From contig CAXGUD010000017.1 in assembly GCA_964012805.1 (NCBI GenBank), forward strand, positions 20,892 through 84,891: a stretch of 64,000 nucleotides of DNA, read 5' to 3'. Shown here piece by piece: positions 31,671 through 40,540 of the stretch (the stretch's first letter is position 1; every line of letters begins with the position of its first letter). Both the position numbers and the translations under genes were made by a program. The notes under the pieces were generated by a model that was given only the letters and a program-made list of their open reading frames with translations, ran no database searches and had not been told where the DNA came from. The DNA is from an uncultured Bacteriovoracaceae bacterium (GTDB lineage Bacteria; Bdellovibrionota; Bacteriovoracia; Bacteriovoracales; Bacteriovoracaceae).

Positions 31671-32426
31671 TTAAAAAATATAACCAAAATTCAAACCTAC
31701 ATCATAATTGTTATAACTAATTGTATTCCCACTGGATATCTGAGTAATCGTTTTAAAATGGGTTGCTACCATATCAAGCTTTATATAAAAATCTTGATTT
31801 ACATAAAACTGCAAACCCGTACTCCACAATAAAGCAAAATGATTATCCTCTATATCCTGGCTATCATCTGAAATCGATCTATTAGGTGGGTCAAAATCAT
31901 CTGTATTTGCAGAAGTTATTTTTCTATTATTACTTTCAGTAAGCAAACCTCCACCAACTCCAAACACCCAATCTACATATATTATTTTATTAAATGTATT
32001 TATCTTACTATAGAAGGGGCTCCACAAGACTTGGCCTCCGAAATAACTTTTTACAAAGACACGAAATGGAACGGAGCCAGCTATACCATTAGGATTTTTT
32101 ATAAGTTCTGCTATATCATTTTCTTTTCCAAAATTTTTAGAAAAAAGAAATTCTAAACCCCAATCTTCTTTGAAAAAATATCCTACTTTTGTTTGAAGAG
32201 TGAAAGCGTTTACGAATGCTCCTGAAGTAGTGATGCCGCCTCCTCCAGATAAATAAAAACTGCCATCCTTCCTGTATTTTCTATTTTGCAAAACATAGAC
32301 CTCTTTATCTTGGTCTAACCAGGAGAATGAATAAAGATCTTCTTCTGAAGAATGAATATTGGTTGAATAAATAAACAAAAGGGAAATTAGACTGAAGCTA
32401 AAAATCAGCTTACTCATAATTTGCAT
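31671..32426 (-). CDS. Outer-membrane beta-barrel protein, GltA/GltB/GltH-like
   Basis: Signal peptide, VLQNRKY, WSPFYSKI, alternating aromatic strands, terminal Phe (GYIF). Confidence 0.82.
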   Translation of the reverse strand: MQIMSKLIFSFSLISLLFIYSTNIHSSEEDLYSFSWLDQDKEVYVLQNRKYRKDGSFYLSGGGGITTSGAFVNAFTLQTKVGYFFKEDWGLEFLFSKNFGKENDIAELIKNPNGIAGSVPFRVFVKSYFGGQVLWSPFYSKINTFNKIIYVDWVFGVGGGLLTESNNRKITSANTDDFDPPNRSISDDSQDIEDNHFALLWSTGLQFYVNQDFYIKLDMVATHFKTITQISSGNTISYNNYDVGLNFGYIF

Positions 32427-32479
32427 CCTACATTTCTTTGAGGCTCATCCTGAACCTTATCCCTATTTATTTTATCATA

Positions 32480-35400
32480 TCAATGAATCTGTGCAACTTG
32501 AGGAGTACATAAATTTTTGAAAGAACAAATTGGACAGTGATTTCTATTCATCAAATTTAGATGTGATAACCTTGTAAGATACCGAGTCATTTTATCAAGA
32601 ACATCGCTAAAACCAAGCTGAAACTCGACGACATCTTCAGCATCAACATAAAGCAAAGAAATACTTATATCTGAACTTTTTTCTAATAAATTTAGCTCAA
32701 AGCAAGCCATGGCATAAGCATACAATTGGAATATATAAACCTCCTCATTTTCTTTACTTCTCTCCCCTGTTTTAAAGTCTATAATTCGGAATATTTTTCC
32801 TATTTCATTTGGAATAAGAATTAGATCTGGTTGGCCACTCATCATAAAGTTAAAAAATGGAAATTTTAATAATTTCTCAAATGATAAAATATAGCTTTTT
32901 TCAAAAGAACTGATCACTCTTATTGCGAATTTAAAATGCTCTGAATCTTCTAAATGAATACTATCTTTTGAGTAGTCACCACCAAAGTATCGCTCCAGAA
33001 AAGAATGAACCATAATTCCTCTCTCTTTGGAGGATCTATTAGAAGGGTGACTTGATGATTTATCATATGTATTGCGGTTTAACTCAAAAGTTTCAGCTGG
33101 GTTACTTTTAGCACCAACCAAGGTATCAAGAATATTTAACTCTTCCTCATCCAACTTGCAGATATTTTCTAGATAAAACTTTTTCGGACACCTTATTAAT
33201 GAAGATAGTTTAGTAACAGAAATTTCAGAGAGAACTCCCATTTTCCCTTCGTTAATGACCATATTATGGTCACATCGAAGTGAAGTTTTTCCTGAAAGAC
33301 CCAATGGGTTAAGTTGATAAAGGGGAGGAAAATTTAAAGCTTCTCCTATATTGGAGGCAGTATCATCCCAAACTACTTCGCTATAACTTGTTCCTAGTTG
33401 GACTTTATTGTGTTCAGGAGAGCTTTTGAGATCACTTTCCCATAGTCTAAGGTAAGATATCCAGCTTTTTTCGAAGCTACATATTTTCTTATTACCACTT
33501 TCCAAATCAACCCAAAAGAGATTTTTCTTAGCTCTGGTGCAAGTTACGTAAAAAAGCCTCTTGTCCTCCCCATCATTCTTTTTTTTGTTTAAGTAATTTT
33601 CATATACCAACTGTGGAGACTTAAATGGCTTCTTTTGGGAAATGTCTCCTTTCCACCTATAGCTCCCTGGCAATTTACCAATAAAGGTACTGTCTGAAAC
33701 CACTCTCCCATTAGTATGTATTCCGCCAATTATAACTGAGTCGAACTCAAGCCCTTTGCTGGAGTGTGAAGTCAAAATCTTTACTTTTCCAGGACTGCTT
33801 CCTGACTTAAATTCAAAATTTTCTTTTTTTATACTTATTTTTTCCAATTCCCTCCAAAGGAGATGGGAATTCTCTTTTGTAGACTCACAACAAACTTCCA
33901 AGGCATTCATTTGATCAGAGTATATTCCACAAAGCCTTAATTGAAACACAGCCCTTTTAAACGACTCAAAAAAACCATAATCTCTCACATCAGAGTAGAA
34001 TGTATTAATAAGGTCTACTCCGTCGTAATTAAAGTTTATTTTCAAGTGATCTAGATAACACCTTAATATAAAATTAAAATATTCGTGGTATTTTCCTAAT
34101 GATCCACACTCCTCTAAAATCGTTTCCCTTTCAATATAGGCTTCAACGAATAAATGAAAAATACCAAAAATAGGATTTTCATGGTGTGGTATTTTTACTT
34201 GAGCAGAGAAACCCATTTTATTTCTGAGCAAAAGTGAAATTAAACTAATTGAAGCAGATAGTTTTTTATATAAGATAGCTATTTCATGATCAGAATTATC
34301 TTTTTGAATCTCTAAGATTTTTTCAAAAATGACTGATGATTCAATACACTCTATTTCATTACTCGATAGCTTTTTATTATCCTTAGACTCTTTTTTTATT
34401 ATTATATTTACATTTATTTTCTCAACTTTTCCTAAATTTTTGGACTTAGGAGCTACTTGATCTTCCCAATGATCTTTCAAAACACTATCTTGCCCTAATA
34501 CATAGGAAAATAGACTATTATTAAAGTTAATAATATTTGAATCGGACCTATAATTATTTAATAAATTTAGTTTATGTTTTAAGTGTTTTTTACATTCACT
34601 GAAAACGCTTATATCGCCTCCGCGGAAACCATAAATAGCTTGTTTTAAATCACCTACACAAAAAATTTTTTCAAACTGATTATTTAAAATCAATCTAATG
34701 ATTTCAAATTGGATCTCAGAAGTGTCTTGAAATTCATCTACTATAAAGTACTCATATTCTTTTCTTACCTTTTGCCTAATTATTTCCTGCTCTCTTAGTC
34801 CCTTAATCAAATAGTACTCAAGATCTGAGTAACCATACCCTTCATACCTATGATAATTACTATTCAAATAATAAAATATGCTATTTAGTATATCGTACCA
34901 TTCAAAAATATAATTGGAGTTTTCCTCTTTTAAAAATGCCTGAAAACTTTCGTAATCATCTTTAATTATTTTCCTAAGCTTCTTTAATTTGTCCATTCTT
35001 TCATTTATTAAAAATAAATCTAACTTTTTTAAGGGGCCTCTTACTCCCTTAAAATCTTCAAAAAAAGTTAGGCACTCATCAATCATTCCTAAGTCTTTAG
35101 GGACTCCCTTTCTTTTTAAACACTCAAATGAGTTTAAATATTGAAACCATTTCTTATCATAAAAATCCTTGTATTCCTCTAAGCTGAATTCCTCTACAAA
35201 TAGTTCTTCTAAGTTATTCAGATTTAATATCTTTCTAAAGAAAAGGCTAAAGCTATCTTTGGGATTCACTTTTTCACTATTAGTCTCCCAAAGAAGCCTT
35301 AATTCGGCAGAGTTAAAAATGTAGTAAAATGCATTCAAAACACTTTCAGAGTTTAATATCATAGAGTTAAGTATATTTTTCCTACTTCCTTTATAATTTG

Positions 35401-35881
35401 CAATCCAGTCATTAAATAAATTTTCTATTTTTGATTTCAGTGGCACTTCAGACAAAATCTGAATATTTGAGGGAACCAAATTAAAATAGCTTTTTGAAAT
35501 AATTTTAAAGAAAAATCCATGAATTGTAGTTATCGACAAATAATTTAAATTTTTGGAAGCCAAATCCCAAGGGTTCTTAGAACCTAATTTCCATTCTTCT
35601 AACTCAAAATCTATAGCAACCTTTACTCTTTCCCTAATCTCTGACGTGGCTTTTGTTGTAAAGGTCATAACAACGATTTTTGACAAAAAAATTCTTATTT
35701 TTTTTTCAAGGTTATCACTGCAACCATCAAGTAAACTTTTATTAGATTCAATAAACTTTCTTATTTTAAAAATTATATGATTGATTATAACGAAAGTTTT
35801 TCCAGAGCCTGCCCCAGCTTGAAGCATTACATTTCCGGTATTTTCTATAGCACATTTTTGCTCTTCGTTAGGAGACTTCAT
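32480..35881 (-). CDS. addA: UvrD-family helicase-nuclease, AddA-like
   Basis: AGAGSGKT, TFTTKA, VDEFQD, VGDLKQAIYGFRG, NYRS, HSSKGLEF, RLFYVTCTRA and a C-terminal PD-(D/E)xK nuclease (GQPD...IDFKTG). The start is placed at ATG 35881 (GGAG SD, overlaps the addB end), not 35974. Confidence 0.9.
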   Translation of the reverse strand: MKSPNEEQKCAIENTGNVMLQAGAGSGKTFVIINHIIFKIRKFIESNKSLLDGCSDNLEKKIRIFLSKIVVMTFTTKATSEIRERVKVAIDFELEEWKLGSKNPWDLASKNLNYLSITTIHGFFFKIISKSYFNLVPSNIQILSEVPLKSKIENLFNDWIANYKGSRKNILNSMILNSESVLNAFYYIFNSAELRLLWETNSEKVNPKDSFSLFFRKILNLNNLEELFVEEFSLEEYKDFYDKKWFQYLNSFECLKRKGVPKDLGMIDECLTFFEDFKGVRGPLKKLDLFLINERMDKLKKLRKIIKDDYESFQAFLKEENSNYIFEWYDILNSIFYYLNSNYHRYEGYGYSDLEYYLIKGLREQEIIRQKVRKEYEYFIVDEFQDTSEIQFEIIRLILNNQFEKIFCVGDLKQAIYGFRGGDISVFSECKKHLKHKLNLLNNYRSDSNIINFNNSLFSYVLGQDSVLKDHWEDQVAPKSKNLGKVEKINVNIIIKKESKDNKKLSSNEIECIESSVIFEKILEIQKDNSDHEIAILYKKLSASISLISLLLRNKMGFSAQVKIPHHENPIFGIFHLFVEAYIERETILEECGSLGKYHEYFNFILRCYLDHLKINFNYDGVDLINTFYSDVRDYGFFESFKRAVFQLRLCGIYSDQMNALEVCCESTKENSHLLWRELEKISIKKENFEFKSGSSPGKVKILTSHSSKGLEFDSVIIGGIHTNGRVVSDSTFIGKLPGSYRWKGDISQKKPFKSPQLVYENYLNKKKNDGEDKRLFYVTCTRAKKNLFWVDLESGNKKICSFEKSWISYLRLWESDLKSSPEHNKVQLGTSYSEVVWDDTASNIGEALNFPPLYQLNPLGLSGKTSLRCDHNMVINEGKMGVLSEISVTKLSSLIRCPKKFYLENICKLDEEELNILDTLVGAKSNPAETFELNRNTYDKSSSHPSNRSSKERGIMVHSFLERYFGGDYSKDSIHLEDSEHFKFAIRVISSFEKSYILSFEKLLKFPFFNFMMSGQPDLILIPNEIGKIFRIIDFKTGERSKENEEVYIFQLYAYAMACFELNLLEKSSDISISLLYVDAEDVVEFQLGFSDVLDKMTRYLTRLSHLNLMNRNHCPICSFKNLCTPQVAQIH

Positions 35882-38366
35882 TTGTACTCCCTTGGTTTTT
35901 GTCACATATATTTTTGTAGTCGCAATAATTACATATTTTTTTAGACCTGGGAGTCGCGAAGAATTCTTTCTCACTAAAAGCTTCGTGCATTAGTAGTCTT
36001 TCAAAGGTTAGAAATGAATCCACTTTTTCCTGCAAATCGTATTCTAGGGGCTTGGCATTTATTATGCTTAGAAATGGTCTCATTTCTTTTAATAAATCAC
36101 CTCCAATTATTTCCGGTCTGTAAAAGACTAAAGAGTCACTTAGCTCGTCTAAGTTTATGAAACCAAAAAATGTTATTTTCTGAATATCTAGTAGGAAATT
36201 ACTCAAATAAAACCAAAGTTGAATATTTTTAAATTCAAAAAATTCTTTTTTGGATGGTTTACCGGCTGCGGACCTTTTAAAGTCGATTATTCCCATAAAG
36301 CTATCAAAGATGGCTATAAGATCGATTCTTCCTTTAACATTTTTTATTTCCTTTTTTTTCTCGGGCGCTTGTTCGAAATGCAGGTTAATATTGGGTAAGC
36401 AACTTTTTAGAGATATAATTGACTCAACACCTTTTCTAGAAAAGTTCACTATCTCTAAAAAATTTTTCTTATAATCAAATGGACTTAGGTTGATACTTTC
36501 TTTTTTTAAAAAATCTTTGTATTCCTCATCTACTATTTTTAGAAAGTTATTTTCAGACCAATCCAAGCCCGAAGTAAAAAATGATTCAATTATCCTATGT
36601 TCTATGATTCCCTTCTTGTCATAACCTAGATACTCATTTGACTTAAATCTTGAATTAATTCCCTTGATATACTTAAAGTAAAACTTTCTTCTGCAATCAT
36701 AAAACAATTGTAGGCTACTAGACGACCAAGTAAAATCAATCGGAAGTTTTTCATTGATAGTCTTTTTAAAAATATCAAACTTATTTTTTTCTCTAACCTC
36801 ACTAATTGGAAATGAATCATCATGTGTATCATTTTTGAAATTACTCCAAAAAGGCTCATTGTTTAAATCGTCTTTTCCAATTAATAAAATCGTCTCCTTT
36901 TTCTTTAGTAATTCAGATATTTTTATTTTATTTATATCATCAATTAAACTCGATCTTTTAACTGGCCCAATAGAGCTAAGCAGTTCAAACAAATCTTCAG
37001 AAAAATGTTCATCTGAAGAGCTAAAGTAGTTTGACTCTCCTAAAGCAATCACTAATTTCAAACTCTCACTTCTGACTGAATCTACACTTTTTAGGTCCTT
37101 AATAACTCCTTTTATACCTGAACCAATTAAAGGAATGCTAAAGTTTCTTGGCAAATCAAGCTCAGTTACGTTTTTTAAAAGTTTTATTAAAAAAGGTGTG
37201 ATACTCAGATCTGTTTGATTATTTGAAAAAGACATGTGTATTGTTTTTATATTTTTAATATTTTTAATCAAACTTAAAAGGACTTTTACTCTTCTCAAAG
37301 ATTTTATAGAGTCCTCTTTCTGCAATTCTTCACTTAAACTAACCTCTAAAAAATTAATTAAATAATCACTCTCTAAATTTAGCTTTTTTTCATTATAAAT
37401 ATTGACGATAAATTTATCTGATAATTTACTTATTTCTGCATCTAAAATGCTCTGAAATAAATTATTTTTAATTTTGAAAAAAAATGAGCCAAAAGGGACT
37501 CTGCTTACCTTCGTAAAATCCAGTTCATTCGATGGAAAAATAACTTCGACTTCTTTGGATATTTTCTTCTCAGTTACTTTTTCATTGTAAATCGATTTTA
37601 ATTCTTTTCCCAAGCTTTCATTTGATACAAACCTTATTTCATGACCATAATCATCTTTCGAAAATATTAATTTTTTTTGCTCCTGAATTGGTTCCATAAT
37701 CCAATTGATCCAATCATTAAAAGAAGATGCTTCGTAAACTTTTCTTGGAAAAGGAATAAAAACCTTGGCCTTCTCTCCAAGTGATTTAACAAAATCAATT
37801 TGCAAACCTGACATAAAGTCAAAACCCCAAAAAACAAAGCATTCTTCATCGTTTTTTTTTGTTTCAAGGTAGTATTCCGATATGCAACCTACAGCAGAGT
37901 GTTCATCAATATAAAAATTATCTTCCATATAATCCCAAAAAGCTAAAGCACTTTTGAAACTATCCTTGGAACAAAGCTCTAGAGCTTCCGCAAAAATGCC
38001 CCTGTCCAAGGTATAGCTCCTCAATTCAGAGAACAATTTATATACCTTAAGGAACAAATAATCTGGGGACTTTGGCTCCATCTTCTTCCATAGAACACCG
38101 AAATGCATAAGAATTTCGACTTTGTGCAAAAACTTATAGTTCCCATTCCCCAAGAGTGGAATCACGTTTTTGAGCTGTTTTTGAATAAAATTTGAAATTG
38201 TCGTTGTATGAACTTTAAATGGATCCAAATATTTTTGGACTATAAGCCTAATATCATCTGCTGAGTCAGGGCTGGGGCAAATAAAATTTATTTTCTTCTT
38301 CTCCCCTTTTAAGAAGTGAAGTTTGCATAAATCTTCGTGGCTATCCCACAAAATGACCTTTACCAT
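35868..38366 (-). CDS. addB: AddB-like PD-(D/E)xK nuclease subunit
   Basis: SSSSLQLFYDCRRKFY, GRIDL...IDFK, QLWFY, CNYCDYKNIC; directly upstream of addA. Confidence 0.85.
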   Translation of the reverse strand: MVKVILWDSHEDLCKLHFLKGEKKKINFICPSPDSADDIRLIVQKYLDPFKVHTTTISNFIQKQLKNVIPLLGNGNYKFLHKVEILMHFGVLWKKMEPKSPDYLFLKVYKLFSELRSYTLDRGIFAEALELCSKDSFKSALAFWDYMEDNFYIDEHSAVGCISEYYLETKKNDEECFVFWGFDFMSGLQIDFVKSLGEKAKVFIPFPRKVYEASSFNDWINWIMEPIQEQKKLIFSKDDYGHEIRFVSNESLGKELKSIYNEKVTEKKISKEVEVIFPSNELDFTKVSRVPFGSFFFKIKNNLFQSILDAEISKLSDKFIVNIYNEKKLNLESDYLINFLEVSLSEELQKEDSIKSLRRVKVLLSLIKNIKNIKTIHMSFSNNQTDLSITPFLIKLLKNVTELDLPRNFSIPLIGSGIKGVIKDLKSVDSVRSESLKLVIALGESNYFSSSDEHFSEDLFELLSSIGPVKRSSLIDDINKIKISELLKKKETILLIGKDDLNNEPFWSNFKNDTHDDSFPISEVREKNKFDIFKKTINEKLPIDFTWSSSSLQLFYDCRRKFYFKYIKGINSRFKSNEYLGYDKKGIIEHRIIESFFTSGLDWSENNFLKIVDEEYKDFLKKESINLSPFDYKKNFLEIVNFSRKGVESIISLKSCLPNINLHFEQAPEKKKEIKNVKGRIDLIAIFDSFMGIIDFKRSAAGKPSKKEFFEFKNIQLWFYLSNFLLDIQKITFFGFINLDELSDSLVFYRPEIIGGDLLKEMRPFLSIINAKPLEYDLQEKVDSFLTFERLLMHEAFSEKEFFATPRSKKICNYCDYKNICDKNQGSTNEVS

Positions 38367-38463
38367 ACTCTTATCCCTTTATTTACATAACGCAAAAAAA
38401 TGTGTAGTCAGGAGAAGGTTTTTGCTTGAAAGTAATTTAAACAAAAAAGAATAGAGGAACCAT

Positions 38464-39306
38464 ATGTTGGCCGAATCCAAATTGTATAGCTTTCTAGATA
38501 GAAATAATGACTTTTTAGTTCATTTTTTCGAAGGCCAGAAGCTTATTCAAGAGCTTGTTCTTATCCATGAGCTTAAGGATAAAGGGTTTTCTTATTTACG
38601 CGACCTTGTTCTTTCTACCCAACCAATGATCTCTCTTTTAAAACCTAATGAAGGCTTTGGAGTTTACATTGACTCAGAAGAACCTTATTTCCGTTGGAAA
38701 ATTGAAACCAACTGGAATGGAAATATGAGAACACTTTTGGCTCCAGAAGATTTTAATATTATTCCTTCGAAAATAGATGGCGTCTGCCGCCTAGTTAAAA
38801 TTCCTCCAAATAACCAGAAGCCTTACACATCCTTTATTGAATTAAAGAAAAGTCAGTTTAGCGAAATTATTAACGGCATTCTCTCAAAGTCATTTCAAAA
38901 CAAAAGCATCATTAAAGTTTCTGATATAAGTGATCAAAGTATAATGCTTATGAAATTGCCAAAAACGAGTGTAGATAAAGAGTCTATAGACCCTTCTCCT
39001 TCTTTAAAAGAATACCTCCTCTTAAAAAACAATGAAATTCAAGAAGTTTTTCAAAAAGCTTTAAATAGTTCAGAGGAAGTTATTGATACTTTCACTTCAA
39101 AAGGTTATTCCCTTATAAACCAAAGGAAGGTTCAATTTCACTGTCCTTGCTCAAAAGATAGAATGTTATTCACCTTAAGAAACCTATACCAAAATAATAA
39201 AGAAGACTTTTTTAAACCTGACGAGACAACAATCGAAATGAAGTGCGATTATTGCAAAAAACTTTTTAACTTTGCTAAAGAGGAAATTATTCAGGTTCCT
39301 TCTTAA
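38464..39306 (+). CDS. hslO: Hsp33 redox-regulated chaperone
   Basis: C-terminal Zn motif CPCSKDR...CDYC; size fits. Confidence 0.85.
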   Translation: MLAESKLYSFLDRNNDFLVHFFEGQKLIQELVLIHELKDKGFSYLRDLVLSTQPMISLLKPNEGFGVYIDSEEPYFRWKIETNWNGNMRTLLAPEDFNIIPSKIDGVCRLVKIPPNNQKPYTSFIELKKSQFSEIINGILSKSFQNKSIIKVSDISDQSIMLMKLPKTSVDKESIDPSPSLKEYLLLKNNEIQEVFQKALNSSEEVIDTFTSKGYSLINQRKVQFHCPCSKDRMLFTLRNLYQNNKEDFFKPDETTIEMKCDYCKKLFNFAKEEIIQVPS

Positions 39307-40318
39307 AACCCATCGCAAGTAGAAGCCTTTTAAAAACACCCGCTTCATGATAAATACCACAGAAGTTTTCAGACGAAGCGCCTGTGGCCATTATAGGAGA
39401 CATTAATGATTCTCTTCTGTAAACGACGTTCTTTCCGCTCTTCTCAAATTGAAACCACTTTTTTCCTGAATTGGGAAATTCAAAATTTAAAGCGCCTGAT
39501 CCACTAAAAATAACCAGCATATCTTTTTCCTTCTTAGCCTTCGAAAGGAAAAAAGAATATGATTCCTCAAGCTCAAAAAGGAGATTTCGAACATCTAAAA
39601 TTTTTTTATTTTTAATGGCTTTTAAATAGTTAAAGTCCCTAATAATAAATACAAAGGATTTTTTTCCAACAGACCATCTTCTAAAAAGTGACTTTACATT
39701 ACCTAACAGGGTGCTATCACAAAACTTAGTATTACAAGCTCTGTCAAAGTAAACATCGGCTTTAGGAAAAGATCCTTGCTCCAAAAAGTGAAAGTTATTC
39801 TTATCTACATTTGGGATACTTTTATTTGAAAACCAGTAGTAAACATTTTTTTGAAAATTTGATTTCCCGCCAGAGCAATGCTCAAAAAGCTTTTCTGAGG
39901 AAAAATGCCCTTTTCCTCTTTCAAAAATACCAATTTTATTACTTTCCATATTTAGATAAGCCCAAAACGGTTTCTTATTAAAGTCACTGCAATTTGACTT
40001 TACGCTCTTTCTGCCAGTCATTTGCGTCATAAAACCTTCGAAGGGAGCTGGTCTTAATTTAAAAAGGTTGTATCTCCAAGTTTTTCCGAGACAGTGGCTT
40101 TCCTCAAAGCTCAGTTTATGGTTAGGGTTATTTCCTGAAAACTTAAGAAGACTTAGATGGCTTTCAGAAAACCCAGGTATTTGAAACCAGATAACTTTTT
40201 TGGACTTTACATTAAAATCTTTTTCACGAAGGTTTAGTGTGGGGGAGGAAGCACAGCCAAAAATAAAAACCATAAACAGAAAAGGAAACCCTTTAACTAG
40301 GTAATTATTTAAAGACAC
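39287..40318 (-). CDS. Lipoprotein with an apparently degenerate alkaline-phosphatase-like fold
   Basis: Lipobox IFGC; sequence blocks colinear with PhoA-family motifs but lacking catalytic residues (see findings). Confidence 0.6.
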   Translation of the reverse strand: MSLNNYLVKGFPFLFMVFIFGCASSPTLNLREKDFNVKSKKVIWFQIPGFSESHLSLLKFSGNNPNHKLSFEESHCLGKTWRYNLFKLRPAPFEGFMTQMTGRKSVKSNCSDFNKKPFWAYLNMESNKIGIFERGKGHFSSEKLFEHCSGGKSNFQKNVYYWFSNKSIPNVDKNNFHFLEQGSFPKADVYFDRACNTKFCDSTLLGNVKSLFRRWSVGKKSFVFIIRDFNYLKAIKNKKILDVRNLLFELEESYSFFLSKAKKEKDMLVIFSGSGALNFEFPNSGKKWFQFEKSGKNVVYRRESLMSPIMATGASSENFCGIYHEAGVFKRLLLAMGFKKEPE

Positions 40319-40540
40319 TTAAATCTCCATCACTCAAAAATATCACTAAACTTAACGGCGTTATACCCTATGTTATCAAAAAAATTCAATTAAACCTCCC
40401 CTAAAAAGCAATATCATTTCCTCCTAAAATTGATAAAATTTAGAAAAATTAAAAACCTTTTACTTTGAAGGGAAATTTTAATGCACAACACCTAAATTTA
40501 CTTTTTGATTCGTTAGTGGAATATTACGTTCGGGTTTTAT

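Noticed and set aside
32480..38366. Helicase plus Cas4-like nuclease pair as a defence or CRISPR system
   Set aside because: Order, size and motifs fit housekeeping AddAB; no array, cas1/cas2 or other defence genes nearby.
21275..38366. Idea that the gliding locus was inserted into an ancestral addB-addA-trxA operon
   Set aside because: trxA is in the opposite orientation to addAB and no junction repeats are visible.
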